DNA from: a plasmid
Sequence record: NZ_LC586267.2
Direction: 5' to 3' (one strand)
DNA: 64,000 nucleotides
This document shows, one piece after another, positions 1 through 13,912 of the stretch. The notes under the pieces were generated by a model. It was not told the origin of the DNA and ran no database searches. It worked only from the letters and a program-made list of their open reading frames with translations. Made by a program: the position numbers and the translations under genes. Position 1 is the first letter of the stretch. Each line of letters starts with the position of its first letter.

Positions 1-804
1 ATGCGTGATTTGATGGCGGAACTCAAGGAGCTGCGCCTGCACAGCATGGCCACGGCCTGGGCGGAGTTGACTGCGCAGGGTGAGTCGAACACAGCCTCGT
101 CCAAGTGGCTGCTCGAACACCTGCTGGAACAAGAGCACACAGATCGCGCCATGCGCTCGGTGAGCCACCAGATGAACATGGCCAAGCTGCCGATGCACCG
201 CGACCTGGCCGGCTTCGACTTCAGCGCCTCCAGCGCAGACGCTCGTTTGATCAGCGAACTGGCCAGTCTGGCCTTTACCGACACCGCGCAGAACGTGGTG
301 CTGATCGGTGGGCCTGGCACCGGTAAAACCCACCTGGCCACTGCGCTGGCCGTGTCCGGCATCACCCGGCACGGCAAGCGCGTGCGCTTCTACTCCACGG
401 TCGATCTGGTCAATCTGCTGGAGCGCGAAAAGCACGACGGCAAAGCCGGGCGGATCGCCCAAGCTCTGCTGCGCATGGATCTGGTCATCCTCGACGAACT
501 GGGTTATCTGCCCTTCAGCCAGGCCGGCGGTGCGTTGCTGTTTCACCTGCTATCCAAGCTGTACGAACACACCAGCGTGGTGATCACCACCAACCTGAGC
601 TTCGCCGAATGGTCGAGCGTGTTCGGCGACGCCAAGATGACCACCGCCCTGCTGGATCGGCTGACCCACCACTGCCACATCGTCGAAACCGGTAACGAGT
701 CCTATCGCCTGCAACACAGTAGCTTGGCGGCCCAGGCCAAGATCAAATCACGGGAGCGAAAGCGTAAGGGCGGCCAGGAACCGGAGGACGATGAGCCGTT
801 CTGA
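1..804 (+). CDS. istB: IstB helper ATPase of IS21-family insertion sequence (IS1326-like)
   Basis: 267-aa ORF with Walker [11 protein letters not shown] and DELGY Walker B; IstB architecture; sits where IS1326 lies downstream of orf5 in In2-type integrons. Confidence 0.9.
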   Translation: MRDLMAELKELRLHSMATAWAELTAQGESNTASSKWLLEHLLEQEHTDRAMRSVSHQMNMAKLPMHRDLAGFDFSASSADARLISELASLAFTDTAQNVVLIGGPGTGKTHLATALAVSGITRHGKRVRFYSTVDLVNLLEREKHDGKAGRIAQALLRMDLVILDELGYLPFSQAGGALLFHLLSKLYEHTSVVITTNLSFAEWSSVFGDAKMTTALLDRLTHHCHIVETGNESYRLQHSSLAAQAKIKSRERKRKGGQEPEDDEPF

Positions 805-1000
805 TTTCATGGCGACGACGGCCTGCTACATGGCTGCGTGTGGCAGGTCTTAAACAACTGAACTGGGCTAGCGAAGGAGTGGGGGCAACAGCAGCTGCGC
901 TGGTAGACTTATCCACAGTTGCTGGTAACAAAATCAGCAATCCGCCCTGGGTCAAATTTCAATCGGCAGGGTGGGTCAATTTTCCATCAGCGCCAACACA
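1..1000 (+). mobile_element. Right portion of IS21-family IS (istB plus right terminal repeats, end TGTGTTGGCGCTGATGGAAAATTGACCC at 973-1000)
   Basis: Terminal sequence is inverted match of the IS left end at 63075 (TGTTGCCGCTGACCGAAAACTGACCC); multiple TGACCC sub-repeats typical of IS21 family. Confidence 0.6.
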
Positions 1001-1263
1001 CTATGGAACCCCACCGCACCAACGTCATTATTTTTCCGAAGGTGCGCGAAGTCGCAGAGGCGGCCGAGCGAGCCTGACAGGCCCGAAAAGCCCGGCACGG
1101 GCGTCGGCGGCGATGACGGCGGCGGCATTATCCAGGGTTGATGATGGAAGTGGAGGATATCGACAACCTCTCGCGCAACCAAGACATCGCGGTCGGACTG
1201 CAAGTGATCTTGAAGCCACGGGCCCGTCCCACCCCGACATGGACCTCGATGCCCGAACGGACG

Positions 1264-1764
1264 TTAGATTTCGAGTTCTAGGCGTTCTGCGATGAAGGTT
1301 GGATCCCAGCCGGGATTGAAAGTGTCGACGTGGGTGAATCCGAGCCGCTCGTATAGGCCACGCAGGTTCGGGTGGCAGTCGAGCCGCAGCTTGGCGCACC
1401 CCTGCGTTCGCGCGGCATGGCGGCAAGCCTCGATCAGCGCGGAGCTGACACCCCGGCCCGCATGTGTCCGTCGCACCGCGAGCTTGTGCAGATATGCGGC
1501 CTCCCCCTTGAGGGCGTCGGGCCAGAACTCGGGATCCTCGGCCGACAAGGTGCAACAGCCGACGATGCCGTCGCTGCAACTCGCGACTAGGAGCTCGGAT
1601 CTCAGGACGAAGGTCTCCGCGAATGTCCGGTCGATCCGCGCGACGTCCCAGGCGGGCGTTCCCTTGGCGGACATCCACGCCGCACCGTCGTGCATCAGCC
1701 GCACAACCTCGTCGATGTCACCCGAGCAGGCGACCCGAACGTTCGGAGGCTCCTCGCTGTCCAT
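1264..1764 (-). CDS. GNAT N-acetyltransferase orf5 of class 1 integron 3'-CS
   Basis: 166-aa ORF matching the conserved orf5 product (MDSEEPPNVRVACSGDIDEVV...) directly downstream of sul1. Confidence 0.9.
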   Translation of the reverse strand: MDSEEPPNVRVACSGDIDEVVRLMHDGAAWMSAKGTPAWDVARIDRTFAETFVLRSELLVASCSDGIVGCCTLSAEDPEFWPDALKGEAAYLHKLAVRRTHAGRGVSSALIEACRHAARTQGCAKLRLDCHPNLRGLYERLGFTHVDTFNPGWDPTFIAERLELEI

Positions 1765-1891
1765 TCGCTCCCCTGGCGCGGTATGAACCGCCGCCTCATA
1801 GTGCAGTTTGATCCTGACGAGCCCAGCATGTCTGCGCCCACCTTCGCGGAACCTGACCAGGGTCCGCTAGCGGGCGGCCGGAAGGTGAATG

Positions 1892-2731
1892 CTAGGCATG
1901 ATCTAACCCTCGGTCTCTGGCGTCGCGACTGCGAAATTTCGCGAGGGTTTCCGAGAAGGTGATTGCGCTTCGCAGATCTCCAGGCGCGTGGGTGCGGACG
2001 TAGTCAGCGCCATTGCCGATCGCGTGAAGTTCCGCCGCAAGGCTCGCTGGACCCAGATCCTTTACAGGAAGGCCAACGGTGGCGCCCAAGAAGGATTTCC
2101 GCGACACCGAGACCAATAGCGGAAGCCCCAACGCCGACTTCAGCTTTTGAAGGTTCGACAGCACGTGCAGCGATGTTTCCGGTGCGGGGCTCAAGAAAAA
2201 TCCCATCCCCGGATCGAGGATGAGCCGGTCGGCAGCGACCCCGCTCCGTCGCAAGGCGGAAACCCGCGCCTCGAAGAACCGCACAATCTCGTCGAGCGCG
2301 TCTTCGGGTCGAAGGTGACCGGTGCGGGTGGCGATGCCATCCCGCTGCGCTGAGTGCATAACCACCAGCCTGCAGTCCGCCTCAGCAATATCGGGATAGA
2401 GCGCAGGGTCAGGAAATCCTTGGATATCGTTCAGGTAGCCCACGCCGCGCTTGAGCGCATAGCGCTGGGTTTCCGGTTGGAAGCTGTCGATTGAAACACG
2501 GTGCATCTGATCGGACAGGGCGTCTAAGAGCGGCGCAATACGTCTGATCTCATCGGCCGGCGATACAGGCCTCGCGTCCGGATGGCTGGCGGCCGGTCCG
2601 ACATCCACGACGTCTGATCCGACTCGCAGCATTTCGATCGCCGCGGTGACAGCGCCGGCGGGGTCTAGCCGCCGGCTCTCATCGAAGAAGGAGTCCTCGG
2701 TGAGATTCAGAATGCCGAACACCGTCACCAT
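1892..2731 (-). CDS. sul1: Dihydropteroate synthase Sul1 (sulfonamide resistance)
   Basis: 279 aa from [18 protein letters not shown] to RGLDHA; ORF track extends to 2818 but canonical start ATG is at 2731; overlaps qacEdelta1 as in 3'-CS. Confidence 0.95.
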   Translation of the reverse strand: MVTVFGILNLTEDSFFDESRRLDPAGAVTAAIEMLRVGSDVVDVGPAASHPDARPVSPADEIRRIAPLLDALSDQMHRVSIDSFQPETQRYALKRGVGYLNDIQGFPDPALYPDIAEADCRLVVMHSAQRDGIATRTGHLRPEDALDEIVRFFEARVSALRRSGVAADRLILDPGMGFFLSPAPETSLHVLSNLQKLKSALGLPLLVSVSRKSFLGATVGLPVKDLGPASLAAELHAIGNGADYVRTHAPGDLRSAITFSETLAKFRSRDARDRGLDHA

Positions 2732-3072
2732 GGCGTCGGCCTCCGCAGCGACTTCCACGATGGGGATCGGGCGAGCAAAAAGGCAGCAATTATGAGCCCC
2801 ATACCTACAAAGCCCCACGCATCAAGCTTTTGCCCATGAAGCAACCAGGCAATGGCTGTAATTATGACGACGCCGAGTCCCGACCAGACTGCATAAGCAA
2901 CACCGACAGGGATGGATTTCAGAACCAGAGAAAGAAAATAAAATGCGATGCCATAACCGATTATGACAACGGCGGAAGGGGCAAGCTTAGTAAAGCCCTC
3001 GCTAGATTTTAATGCGGATGTTGCGATTACTTCGCCAACTATTGCGATAACAAGAAAAAGCCAGCCTTTCAT
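2725..3072 (-). CDS. qacEdelta1: QacEdelta1 SMR efflux protein
   Basis: 115-aa [30 protein letters not shown]..., preceded by canonical 3'-CS start sequence. Confidence 0.95.
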   Translation of the reverse strand: MKGWLFLVIAIVGEVIATSALKSSEGFTKLAPSAVVIIGYGIAFYFLSLVLKSIPVGVAYAVWSGLGVVIITAIAWLLHGQKLDAWGFVGMGLIIAAFLLARSPSWKSLRRPTPW

Positions 3073-3170
3073 GATATATCTCCCAATTTGTGTAGGGCTT
3101 ATTATGCACGCTTAAAAATAATAAAAGCAGACTTGACCTGATAGTTTGGCTGTGAGCAATTATGTGCTTA

Positions 3171-3243
3171 GTGCATCTAACGTTTGACATGAGGGGCGGC
3201 CAAGGACGATAGCCCTTGGACGTCCCCCTCGATGGAAGGGTTA
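3171..3243 (-). other. attC of aac(6') cassette / cassette-3'-CS boundary
   Basis: CTAACCCTTCCATCGAGGGGGACGTCCAAGGGC...GCCGCCCCTCATGTCAAACGTTAGATGC imperfect inverted repeat, as found downstream of aacA4 cassettes. Confidence 0.55.
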
Positions 3244-3795
3244 GACAGCACTGCGCGCTTGCTCGAACGCCTGACGTGTTTGAACCATGTATACGGCCGG
3301 TCCACCTGGGGTGTTTATGGTTCTTTGCGCCACAAAACCCGCCTTCTCGTAGCACCGGATTGCGCGTAAGTTGTTCGGCGACGGGTCCGTTTGGATCTTG
3401 GTTACCTCAGCGTCTTTGAACAGCATCTCAACGAGCGCGCGAACGAGCTTGGTTCCCAAGCCCTTGCCCAGCTGCGATGGATTCGCCAGAGACTGGTCTA
3501 TTCCGCGTACTCCTGGATCGGTTTCGTCTTCCCACCATCCGCCACCGCTTCCGAGTGCAATGTACGACTGAGCGTACCCAATCGGTTCTTCATCCAGCAT
3601 TGCGATGTAGGGAGTGACGGACTCTTTCGCCAGGGCGCTTGGTCGATATTGCTCCAGCACTTCAGCAAGTGTTGGACGTGTTTCTTCTCCGCCCCACCAC
3701 TCAACGATGTGAGGCCGATTTAGCCAGTCATGGAGCATCGGAAGGTCGTGCTCGGTCATGAGGCGCAGCGTGACGAAGCTAATGGTAGTGGTCAT
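3241..3795 (-). CDS. aac(6')-Ib-like: Aminoglycoside 6'-N-acetyltransferase, AAC(6')-Ib family variant (gene cassette)
   Basis: 184-aa ORF with [39 protein letters not shown] motifs of AAC(6')-Ib/II; roughly 75-80 percent identical to aacA4 by eye; exact allele not identifiable. Confidence 0.85.
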   Translation of the reverse strand: MTTTISFVTLRLMTEHDLPMLHDWLNRPHIVEWWGGEETRPTLAEVLEQYRPSALAKESVTPYIAMLDEEPIGYAQSYIALGSGGGWWEDETDPGVRGIDQSLANPSQLGKGLGTKLVRALVEMLFKDAEVTKIQTDPSPNNLRAIRCYEKAGFVAQRTINTPGGPAVYMVQTRQAFEQARSAV

Positions 3796-3813
3796 GAGGA
3801 CGGTCTTTGTGCT

Positions 3814-3873
3814 GCCTAACGCTTGAGTTAAGCCGCGCCGCGAAGCGGCGTCGGCTTGAACGAATTGTTAGAC
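3814..3873 (-). other. attC (59-be) of aadA1 cassette
   Basis: Reverse complement reads GTCTAACAATTCGTTCAAGCCGACGCCGCTTCGCGGCGCGGCTTAACTCAAGCGTTAGGC, the classic 60-bp aadA attC. Confidence 0.8.
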
Positions 3874-3874
3874 A

Positions 3875-4666
3875 TTATTTGCCGACTACCTTGGTGATCT
3901 CGCCTTTCACGTAGTGAACAAATTCTTCCAACTGATCTGCGCGGGAGGCCAAGCGATCTTCTTCTTGTCCAAGATAAGCCTGTCTAGCTTCAAGTATGAC
4001 GGGCTGATACTGGGCCGGCAGGCGCTCCATTGCCCAGTCGGCAGCGACATCCTTCGGCGCGATTTTGCCGGTTACTGCGCTGTACCAAATGCGGGACAAC
4101 GTAAGCACTACATTTCGCTCATCGCCAGCCCAGTCGGGCGGCGAGTTCCATAGCGTTAAGGTTTCATTTAGCGCCTCAAATAGATCCTGTTCAGGAACCG
4201 GATCAAAGAGTTCCTCCGCCGCTGGACCTACCAAGGCAACGCTATGTTCTCTTGCTTTTGTCAGCAAGATAGCCAGATCAATGTCGATCGTGGCTGGCTC
4301 GAAGATACCTGCAAGAATGTCATTGCGCTGCCATTCTCCAAATTGCAGTTCGCGCTTAGCTGGATAACGCCACGGAATGATGTCGTCGTGCACAACAATG
4401 GTGACTTCTACAGCGCGGAGAATCTCGCTCTCTCCAGGGGAAGCCGAAGTTTCCAAAAGGTCGTTGATCAAAGCTCGCCGCGTTGTTTCATCAAGCCTTA
4501 CGGTCACCGTAACCAGCAAATCAATATCACTGTGTGGCTTCAGGCCGCCATCCACTGCGGAGCCGTACAAATGTACGGCCAGCAACGTCGGTTCGAGATG
4601 GCGCTCGATGACGCCAACTACCTCTGATAGTTGAGTCGATACTTCGGCGATCACCGCTTCCCTCAT
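3875..4666 (-). CDS. aadA1: Aminoglycoside 3''-adenylyltransferase AadA1 (streptomycin/spectinomycin resistance cassette)
   Basis: 263-aa ORF MREAVIAEVSTQLSEVVGVIERHLEPTLLAVHLYGSAVDGGLKPHSDIDLLV...GEITKVVGK. Confidence 0.95.
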   Translation of the reverse strand: MREAVIAEVSTQLSEVVGVIERHLEPTLLAVHLYGSAVDGGLKPHSDIDLLVTVTVRLDETTRRALINDLLETSASPGESEILRAVEVTIVVHDDIIPWRYPAKRELQFGEWQRNDILAGIFEPATIDIDLAILLTKAREHSVALVGPAAEELFDPVPEQDLFEALNETLTLWNSPPDWAGDERNVVLTLSRIWYSAVTGKIAPKDVAADWAMERLPAQYQPVILEARQAYLGQEEDRLASRADQLEEFVHYVKGEITKVVGK

Positions 4667-4753
4667 GATGTTTAACGCCGAAGTTCAGCCGCCAGAACGG
4701 AGCGCAGCGGAGTGATGGTCGGCTGCAACTTCATGTTATGCCGCATCTGCCTG
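4667..4753 (-). other. attC of blaVIM cassette (approximate)
   Basis: 87-bp spacer between blaVIM stop and aadA1 start containing GTTAAAC-like core and internal imperfect inverted repeats. Confidence 0.45.
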
Positions 4754-6734
<1,981 letters not shown>

Positions 6735-6912
6735 GGCAGCGCAAGTCAATCCTGGCGGATTCACTACCCCTGCGCGAAGGCCATCGGTGCCGCATCGAAC
6801 GGCCGGTTGCGGAAAGTCCTCCCTGCGTCCGCTGATGGCCGGCAGCAGCCCGTCGTTGCCTGATGGATCCAACCCCTCCGCTGCTATAGTGCAGTCGGCT
6901 TCTGACGTTCAG

Positions 6913-6937
6913 TGCAGCCGTCTTCTGAAAACGACAT
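6913..6937. repeat. IRi, 25-bp terminal inverted repeat of class 1 integron / Tn402 family
   Basis: GTGCAGCCGTCTTCTGAAAACGACA, reverse complement of TGTCGTTTTCAGAAGACGGCTGCAC. Confidence 0.9.
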
Positions 6938-6940
6938 CTG

Positions 6941-7171
6941 GTGTTCCTCATTCTCTGGTGGCTGCGCGGCCCGGTGCGCTTTCTTCTCGGCTTGGCTTCG
7001 TTCGCCAGTCTCATCACCCTACCGATCATGTGGCTTGGGCTGGACTCGGCCAATAAGACCCACATCATGCTATCGGTCGCAGGCGTCGGCCTTGGTGCGT
7101 CGGCCCTCATGTGGTTTTATGACGCGCTTCTCATGAGGCTGGCACCAGAACCAATCCTATTCAGCACCTAA
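6941..7171 (+). CDS. Small hydrophobic hypothetical protein (possibly remnant of the gene disrupted by integron insertion)
   Basis: 76-aa ORF starting 4 bp after IRi, two predicted TM helices, followed by hairpin terminator. Confidence 0.3.
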   Translation: MFLILWWLRGPVRFLLGLASFASLITLPIMWLGLDSANKTHIMLSVAGVGLGASALMWFYDALLMRLAPEPILFST

Positions 7172-7178
7172 ACGAAGG

Positions 7179-7206
7179 CCGGGCCACTCACCCGGCCTTT
7201 TTTGTA
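7179..7206 (+). terminator. Rho-independent terminator
   Basis: GGCCGGGCCACTCACCCGGCCTTTTTTG stem-loop plus T-run. Confidence 0.55.
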
Positions 7207-7322
7207 CGCTCATAGGGCAGAACAAACCAACGTTTTATCTATACCGCAACAGGGTATTTAATTCCTATTTAATCTGCGCTAGAATGAGGCATGTTTAACC
7301 GAATCTGACGTTTTCCCTGCAA

Positions 7323-7979
7323 ATGCCAAAATACTATGCCTATCTCCGGGTTTCGCGTGACGGCCAAGACCCGGAAAACCAAAAATACGGTTTGCTCGAA
7401 TACGCGAACGCCAAAGGCTTCGCGCCGCTACAGATCGAGGAAGAAATTGCCAGCAGAGCAAAGGACTGGCGCAAGCGCAAGCTCGGAGCAATCATCGAAA
7501 AGGCCGAGCGTGGCGACGTGCTACTGACGCCGGAGATTACGCGCATTGCCGGTTCCGCCCTCGCCGCCTTGGAAATTCTCAAAGCGGCGAGCGAGCGCGG
7601 CCTAATCGTCCATGTGACCAAACAGAAGATCATCATGGACGGCAGCCTACAAAGCGACATCATGGCAACCGTGCTTGGCTTGGCTGCACAGATCGAGCGG
7701 CATTTCATTCAGGCACGTACCACCGAGGCGCTACAAGTCGCCAGAGAGCGCGGCAAGACGCTCGGGCGACCCAAGGGCAGCAAATCGAGCGCCTTGAAGC
7801 TGGACAGCCGTATTGATGAAGTACAGGCATACGTGAACCTTGGCTTGCCGCAAAGTCGCGCAGCCGAGTTGTTAGGCGTCAGCCCTCACACCTTGCGCCT
7901 GTTCATCAAACGCCGGAACATCAAACCCACAAACACTAGACCAACCATCACCATGCCGGGGAGGGAACAACATGCCTAA
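7323..7979 (+). CDS. Serine recombinase (resolvase/invertase family) with C-terminal HTH
   Basis: 218 aa, N-terminal YLRVSRDGQD catalytic serine motif, C-terminal HTH; AT-rich putative res upstream; integron IRi lies about 385 bp upstream (res-hunter target). Confidence 0.8.
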   Translation: MPKYYAYLRVSRDGQDPENQKYGLLEYANAKGFAPLQIEEEIASRAKDWRKRKLGAIIEKAERGDVLLTPEITRIAGSALAALEILKAASERGLIVHVTKQKIIMDGSLQSDIMATVLGLAAQIERHFIQARTTEALQVARERGKTLGRPKGSKSSALKLDSRIDEVQAYVNLGLPQSRAAELLGVSPHTLRLFIKRRNIKPTNTRPTITMPGREQHA

Positions 7980-7982
7980 GAA

Positions 7983-8020
7983 GGAGTCGCCTCAGAAAAC
8001 GGAAAATAAAGCACGCTAAG
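7983..8020 (+). repeat. 38-bp terminal inverted repeat, Tn21-type (IRmer-like), outer end at 7983
   Basis: GGAGTCGCCTCAGAAAACGGAAAATAAAGCACGCTAAG; identical except one base to the IR at 61450-61487. Confidence 0.8.
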
Positions 8021-8036
8021 GCGTAGTTCCCTCGGG

Positions 8037-8471
8037 CTACACCGCGTCCGCACTGCGCGGTTCTTTCTTCCCTTGCAGTGACGCAATCAGCGGGCAGGAA
8101 ACGTTCCCCTTCCGCGCATGGCAGGCGCACACCAAATCAGACAGCACGGCCTCCATGCGCGCCAGGTCAGCCATCCTCTCGCGCACGTCCTTGAGCTTGT
8201 GCTCGGCCAGGCTGCTGGCTTCCTCGCAATGGGTGCCATCCTCCAGCCGCAGCAGCTCGGCGATCTCATCCAGGCTGAAGCCCAACCGCTGGGCTGATTT
8301 CACGAAGCGCACCCGCGTTACATCCGTCTCGCCATAGCGGCGAATGCTGCCGTAAGGCTTGTCCGGTTCCGGGAGCAAGCCCTTGCGCTGATAGAACCGG
8401 ATGGTCTCCACATTGACCCCGGCCGTCCTGGCGAAAACGCCAATGGTCAGGTTCTCCAAATTGTTTTCCAT
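8037..8471 (-). CDS. merR: MerR mercuric resistance operon regulator
   Basis: 144-aa [36 protein letters not shown]...; Cys82/Cys117/Cys126 context conserved. Confidence 0.95.
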   Translation of the reverse strand: MENNLENLTIGVFARTAGVNVETIRFYQRKGLLPEPDKPYGSIRRYGETDVTRVRFVKSAQRLGFSLDEIAELLRLEDGTHCEEASSLAEHKLKDVRERMADLARMEAVLSDLVCACHARKGNVSCPLIASLQGKKEPRSADAV

Positions 8472-8476
8472 ATCGC

Positions 8477-8507
8477 TTGACTCCGTACATAACTACGGAA
8501 GTAAGCT
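8477..8507. promoter_or_regulatory. mer operator/promoter (divergent PmerT/PmerR) with MerR dyad
   Basis: TTGACT - 19-bp spacer containing dyad CCGTACATAACTACGG - TAAGCT. Confidence 0.85.
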
Positions 8508-8542
8508 TAAGCTATCCAATTCAGATTCGAAAGGACAAACGT

Positions 8543-8893
8543 ATGTCTGAACCTCAAAACGGGCGCGGCGCGCTCTTCACTGGCGGGCTGGCCGCCATCC
8601 TCGCCTCGGCTTGCTGCCTCGGGCCGCTGGTTCTGATCGCCTTGGGGTTCAGCGGCGCTTGGATCGGCAACTTGACGGTGTTGGAACCCTATCGCCCCAT
8701 CTTTATCGGCGTGGCGCTGGTGGCGTTGTTCTTCGCCTGGCGGCGCATCTACCGGCCGTCAGCCGCCTGCAAACCGGGTGAGGTTTGCGCGATTCCCCAA
8801 GTGCGAGCTACTTACAAGCTCATTTTCTGGGGCGTGGCCGTGCTGGTTTTGGTCGCGCTCGGATTTCCCTACGTCGTGCCATTTTTCTATTGA
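8543..8893 (+). CDS. merT: MerT mercuric ion transport protein
   Basis: 116 aa from MSEPQNGRGALFTGGLAAILASACCLGPLVL; CC pair in first TM. Confidence 0.95.
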   Translation: MSEPQNGRGALFTGGLAAILASACCLGPLVLIALGFSGAWIGNLTVLEPYRPIFIGVALVALFFAWRRIYRPSAACKPGEVCAIPQVRATYKLIFWGVAVLVLVALGFPYVVPFFY

Positions 8894-8908
8894 TCACAGG
8901 AGTTCACC

Positions 8909-11309
<2,401 letters not shown>

Positions 11310-11496
11310 GTGGCCACGCCTTGCGCGGCAATCGGTGGAGTGTCTGATGTCATGCCCAAACCTCGCTTTGGTGCACACGAGTATTGAGCATAGTCGAGAT
11401 TGGTGCAGACGACTCCTGATATTGGGCTGTCAGGAGCCGTATGCACACCAGGCGTTACATCCAGTCAGATGGTGCGGTCGTCTTCTGAAAACGACA
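11310..11496. mobile_element. Fragment of Tn402/Tn5053-family transposon terminus (IRt-type end with subterminal repeats)
   Basis: GGTGCACACGAGTATTGAGCATAGTCGAGATTGGTGCAGA...GTGCGGTCGTCTTCTGAAAACGACA matches my recollection of the IRt-end region of Tn402-like elements; 25-bp IR at 11472-11496. Confidence 0.6.
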
Positions 11497-11670
11497 CGAA
11501 GCCTTGAATTTGTCAGGCTGAAATCTATGACCTTGGCAAGCATGTGTCAAAGAATGTGAAAGCGGACTCTATTCTGACGGCGCGGTGCGGCCTTGCCTGA
11601 CATCCAGTTAGGGTATACCCCATTCGGACACCGACTACACAACCTAAGGGCTTGCAGGCTGTCAGCAGGG

Positions 11671-11708
11671 CTTATCGTACGATTTTTTCCGTTTTCTCTA
11701 TGCCCCCC
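11671..11708 (-). repeat. 38-bp terminal IR, Tn501/Tn1721-type, right end of composite transposon (outer end 11708)
   Basis: Minus strand GGGGGGCATAGAGAAAACGGAAAAAATCGTACGATAAG; identical to 57704-57741; identity continues about 100 bp; followed by GATTT (11709-11713). Confidence 0.8.
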
Positions 11709-11880
11709 GATTTAATGTCGTTCTCGTACAGCTGCAGCAAGTCGTCGCGTGACGGTATGTACATGGGAGGTGATCTCCAGCTGGTTCTTAGCCCTAACGC
11801 ATATATACGTTAGGGCCTCACCGGCAGCAAGTCGCCTCGCCGGCAGCGGCCAGGCGGGGGCAACTGACGCCCTCCGGTTA

Positions 11881-12678
11881 TCAGTCGTCCCCGCCCGGCT
11901 GGGCATCAGCGTCGGGCGGCACTTCCACCAGCTCGCCGGCCTCAAGGAAACGTACGTCGCAGTCCACACAGAGCAGCCGCCCGCTAAGGCCTGGCTTGCC
12001 CCACACGTTCAACTTGCAGCTGGGACAGGTGTACTTGCGCTTGTTCTTCGGATCCTCAGCCGGCGTTGCCGGCTGGATCAGACCCGCAACAGTCAGTGCC
12101 GGTATGTCGATGGTCGGATCCTCGGGCTGGGGTAAAGGCTCCCCACCTGGCCCGTACAGCTGCGTTGCGGACATTGGCACCCGCTGGGTGACGATATCGA
12201 TCCAGGAAATCATGGCGCCGGTTGCGAGTAATTCGTCGCATGCCACATCGAAGGGACCGCCCTCGATGATGTAGTGCGTCATCTGCTGCCCGCACCGGCG
12301 CCCGCCAGGCTCACCCGTGTGCGAAGGCATCAGCCCGATGGCCTCCATTTTGTCGGCCCACTCGCGGTTGTGGTACCCGCCGCGAGACTTCTTCCCGAAG
12401 CAGTCCTGCCACTGGTGCGCCTGTTCATGCACCAGCGTGGACAGCGTTTGCTTGATGCTGCGATGCGCGAAGTAGGCGCAGTTCAGCGCGATTTCATCGC
12501 TCTTACCCGAGCCATTCCGGCGCAGGAAGCGCGATGGCGAGTAATAGCCGAAAGTGTTGGCCTTGCGCTGCAGGGTGAAGATGCAGCCGGGCAGCTGGCC
12601 ACCGTATAACCGATCATTGAACCAGTCGTACGCCCCCTCGATTTCGTCATAGAGCAACTGGCTTGGGGTTGCGGACAT
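11881..12678 (-). CDS. SprT-like zinc metalloprotease domain protein with C-terminal zinc ribbon
   Basis: HEQAHQWQ HExxH motif; CPSC...CVDC ribbon; ATG at 12678 with GGAGG RBS; ORF track extends to 12789. Confidence 0.6.
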   Translation of the reverse strand: MSATPSQLLYDEIEGAYDWFNDRLYGGQLPGCIFTLQRKANTFGYYSPSRFLRRNGSGKSDEIALNCAYFAHRSIKQTLSTLVHEQAHQWQDCFGKKSRGGYHNREWADKMEAIGLMPSHTGEPGGRRCGQQMTHYIIEGGPFDVACDELLATGAMISWIDIVTQRVPMSATQLYGPGGEPLPQPEDPTIDIPALTVAGLIQPATPAEDPKNKRKYTCPSCKLNVWGKPGLSGRLLCVDCDVRFLEAGELVEVPPDADAQPGGDD

Positions 12679-12808
12679 GCGGCCTCCATTTCTCGCACGC
12701 GAGAATCCCCCCTGCTGATCACTCGGCGTCAGGGGGGTGAACGTTACAGACATTGTAACCTGTATCGTACGATACAGGTTACACATCAAAAAAAGGGGGC
12801 AAGCCCCC

Positions 12809-13189
12809 TCACCGTCCTACTAAGTAGGCGACATACACGATGGCGGCGCCAAGCGCCGCACCAATCGATAGCAGAGCTACCGAGTACCCAACCGCCCGGC
12901 GCTCAGCCTGTGCTGTCACCAGGCTGGCCGCACTGCGGTTGATCTCATTCCCAATCCGCGCTGCCGCTTCGCGTCCTGCCTGCACCAGTGCGTTGCGCTG
13001 TTCTTCCATCATCGACTCGAAGTTCAGCTGCGTCTGCAGCAGGACTTTGCCTGCTGCATCGCGTACGGCTTCGGAAGTCTTCGCCGCCAGGTCGGCGTCG
13101 ACCTGTTCCAGGCGCCGCACGATGGCATCAAAGTCCTCCATCATTTGCGCGACCATCGCTTCGCGGGCCGTGGTTGGGTCCTTGGCCAT
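12809..13189 (-). CDS. Hypothetical protein with C-terminal TM segment (stbC position)
   Basis: 126-aa ORF downstream of ParA-like gene in same orientation. Confidence 0.35.
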   Translation of the reverse strand: MAKDPTTAREAMVAQMMEDFDAIVRRLEQVDADLAAKTSEAVRDAAGKVLLQTQLNFESMMEEQRNALVQAGREAAARIGNEINRSAASLVTAQAERRAVGYSVALLSIGAALGAAIVYVAYLVGR

Positions 13190-13192
13190 CGA

Positions 13193-13912
13193 TCACTTCC
13201 CCTTGCCGAACAGCGAGGCATATACCTGGTCAAGGTTGCGCGATGCGGACTTGGCCAGGCGCTGCGCGGAGATCATGCGCAGGGCGTGATCCTTTTCGGT
13301 TTCGTCCTTGGCATCGCGCAACTGGGCGCGATAGTCCGTGGAGTCCTCCAGTACCTGCGTGACGTTCATTTTCAGCGGGCGCAGGCGCTCGAAAATTTCG
13401 TTCGCGTACACCACAGCATCGCGCTTGAGGGTGAATTTCTTCTCGACTTCGTGGAAGCCGAACAGCGCCGCGAACGTCTGCGGGATATCGTCGGCATCAT
13501 CGATCTGGACTTTGTTGAAGACGACCAAGATCTTTTTCGCCGGCACGCCGAGCGCGGCCAGGGTCTTGATGGTGTTGATGGTATCGACCTGCTGCTTTTT
13601 CTCCGGCACTGCCGGCACCAGGAAGTAATCGATATCTTCGTGGGAGCCGTCGTACTGGCCCATGAACTTGAAGAAGTCTTCAACGTTGGATGCGCCAACG
13701 TCGACCACAACCTTGTCCTCGGTCAGCAGTACCTCGGACAGTTCGCCAAACTGTTTGCCCTTGAGGCGTTCAATTTCGGCTGCGGTGTCCGACGCACCGG
13801 CGTTGATGGTTTCAATTGCAAACCGCAGACCGCCGATACGGGGCCAAAGCAGGTTATCGGAGAGTGTGGTTTTTCCGGAGTTGCCGGTGAAATTCACGGT
13901 GACGGTTCTCAT
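13193..13912 (-). CDS. Putative P-loop NTPase (StbB/ParA-like plasmid stability ATPase, deviant Walker A)
   Basis: 239 aa, N-terminal VNFTGNSGKTT P-loop-like motif; operon position between StbA-like and small protein as in IncW stbABC. Confidence 0.45.
   Translation of the reverse strand: MRTVTVNFTGNSGKTTLSDNLLWPRIGGLRFAIETINAGASDTAAEIERLKGKQFGELSEVLLTEDKVVVDVGASNVEDFFKFMGQYDGSHEDIDYFLVPAVPEKKQQVDTINTIKTLAALGVPAKKILVVFNKVQIDDADDIPQTFAALFGFHEVEKKFTLKRDAVVYANEIFERLRPLKMNVTQVLEDSTDYRAQLRDAKDETEKDHALRMISAQRLAKSASRNLDQVYASLFGKGK

Noticed and set aside
11712..12135. ORFs 11712..11969(-) and 11749..12135(+) between the transposon end and the SprT-like gene
   Set aside because: Mutually overlapping, low-complexity, and spanning a palindrome. 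More likely an untranslated 3' region.
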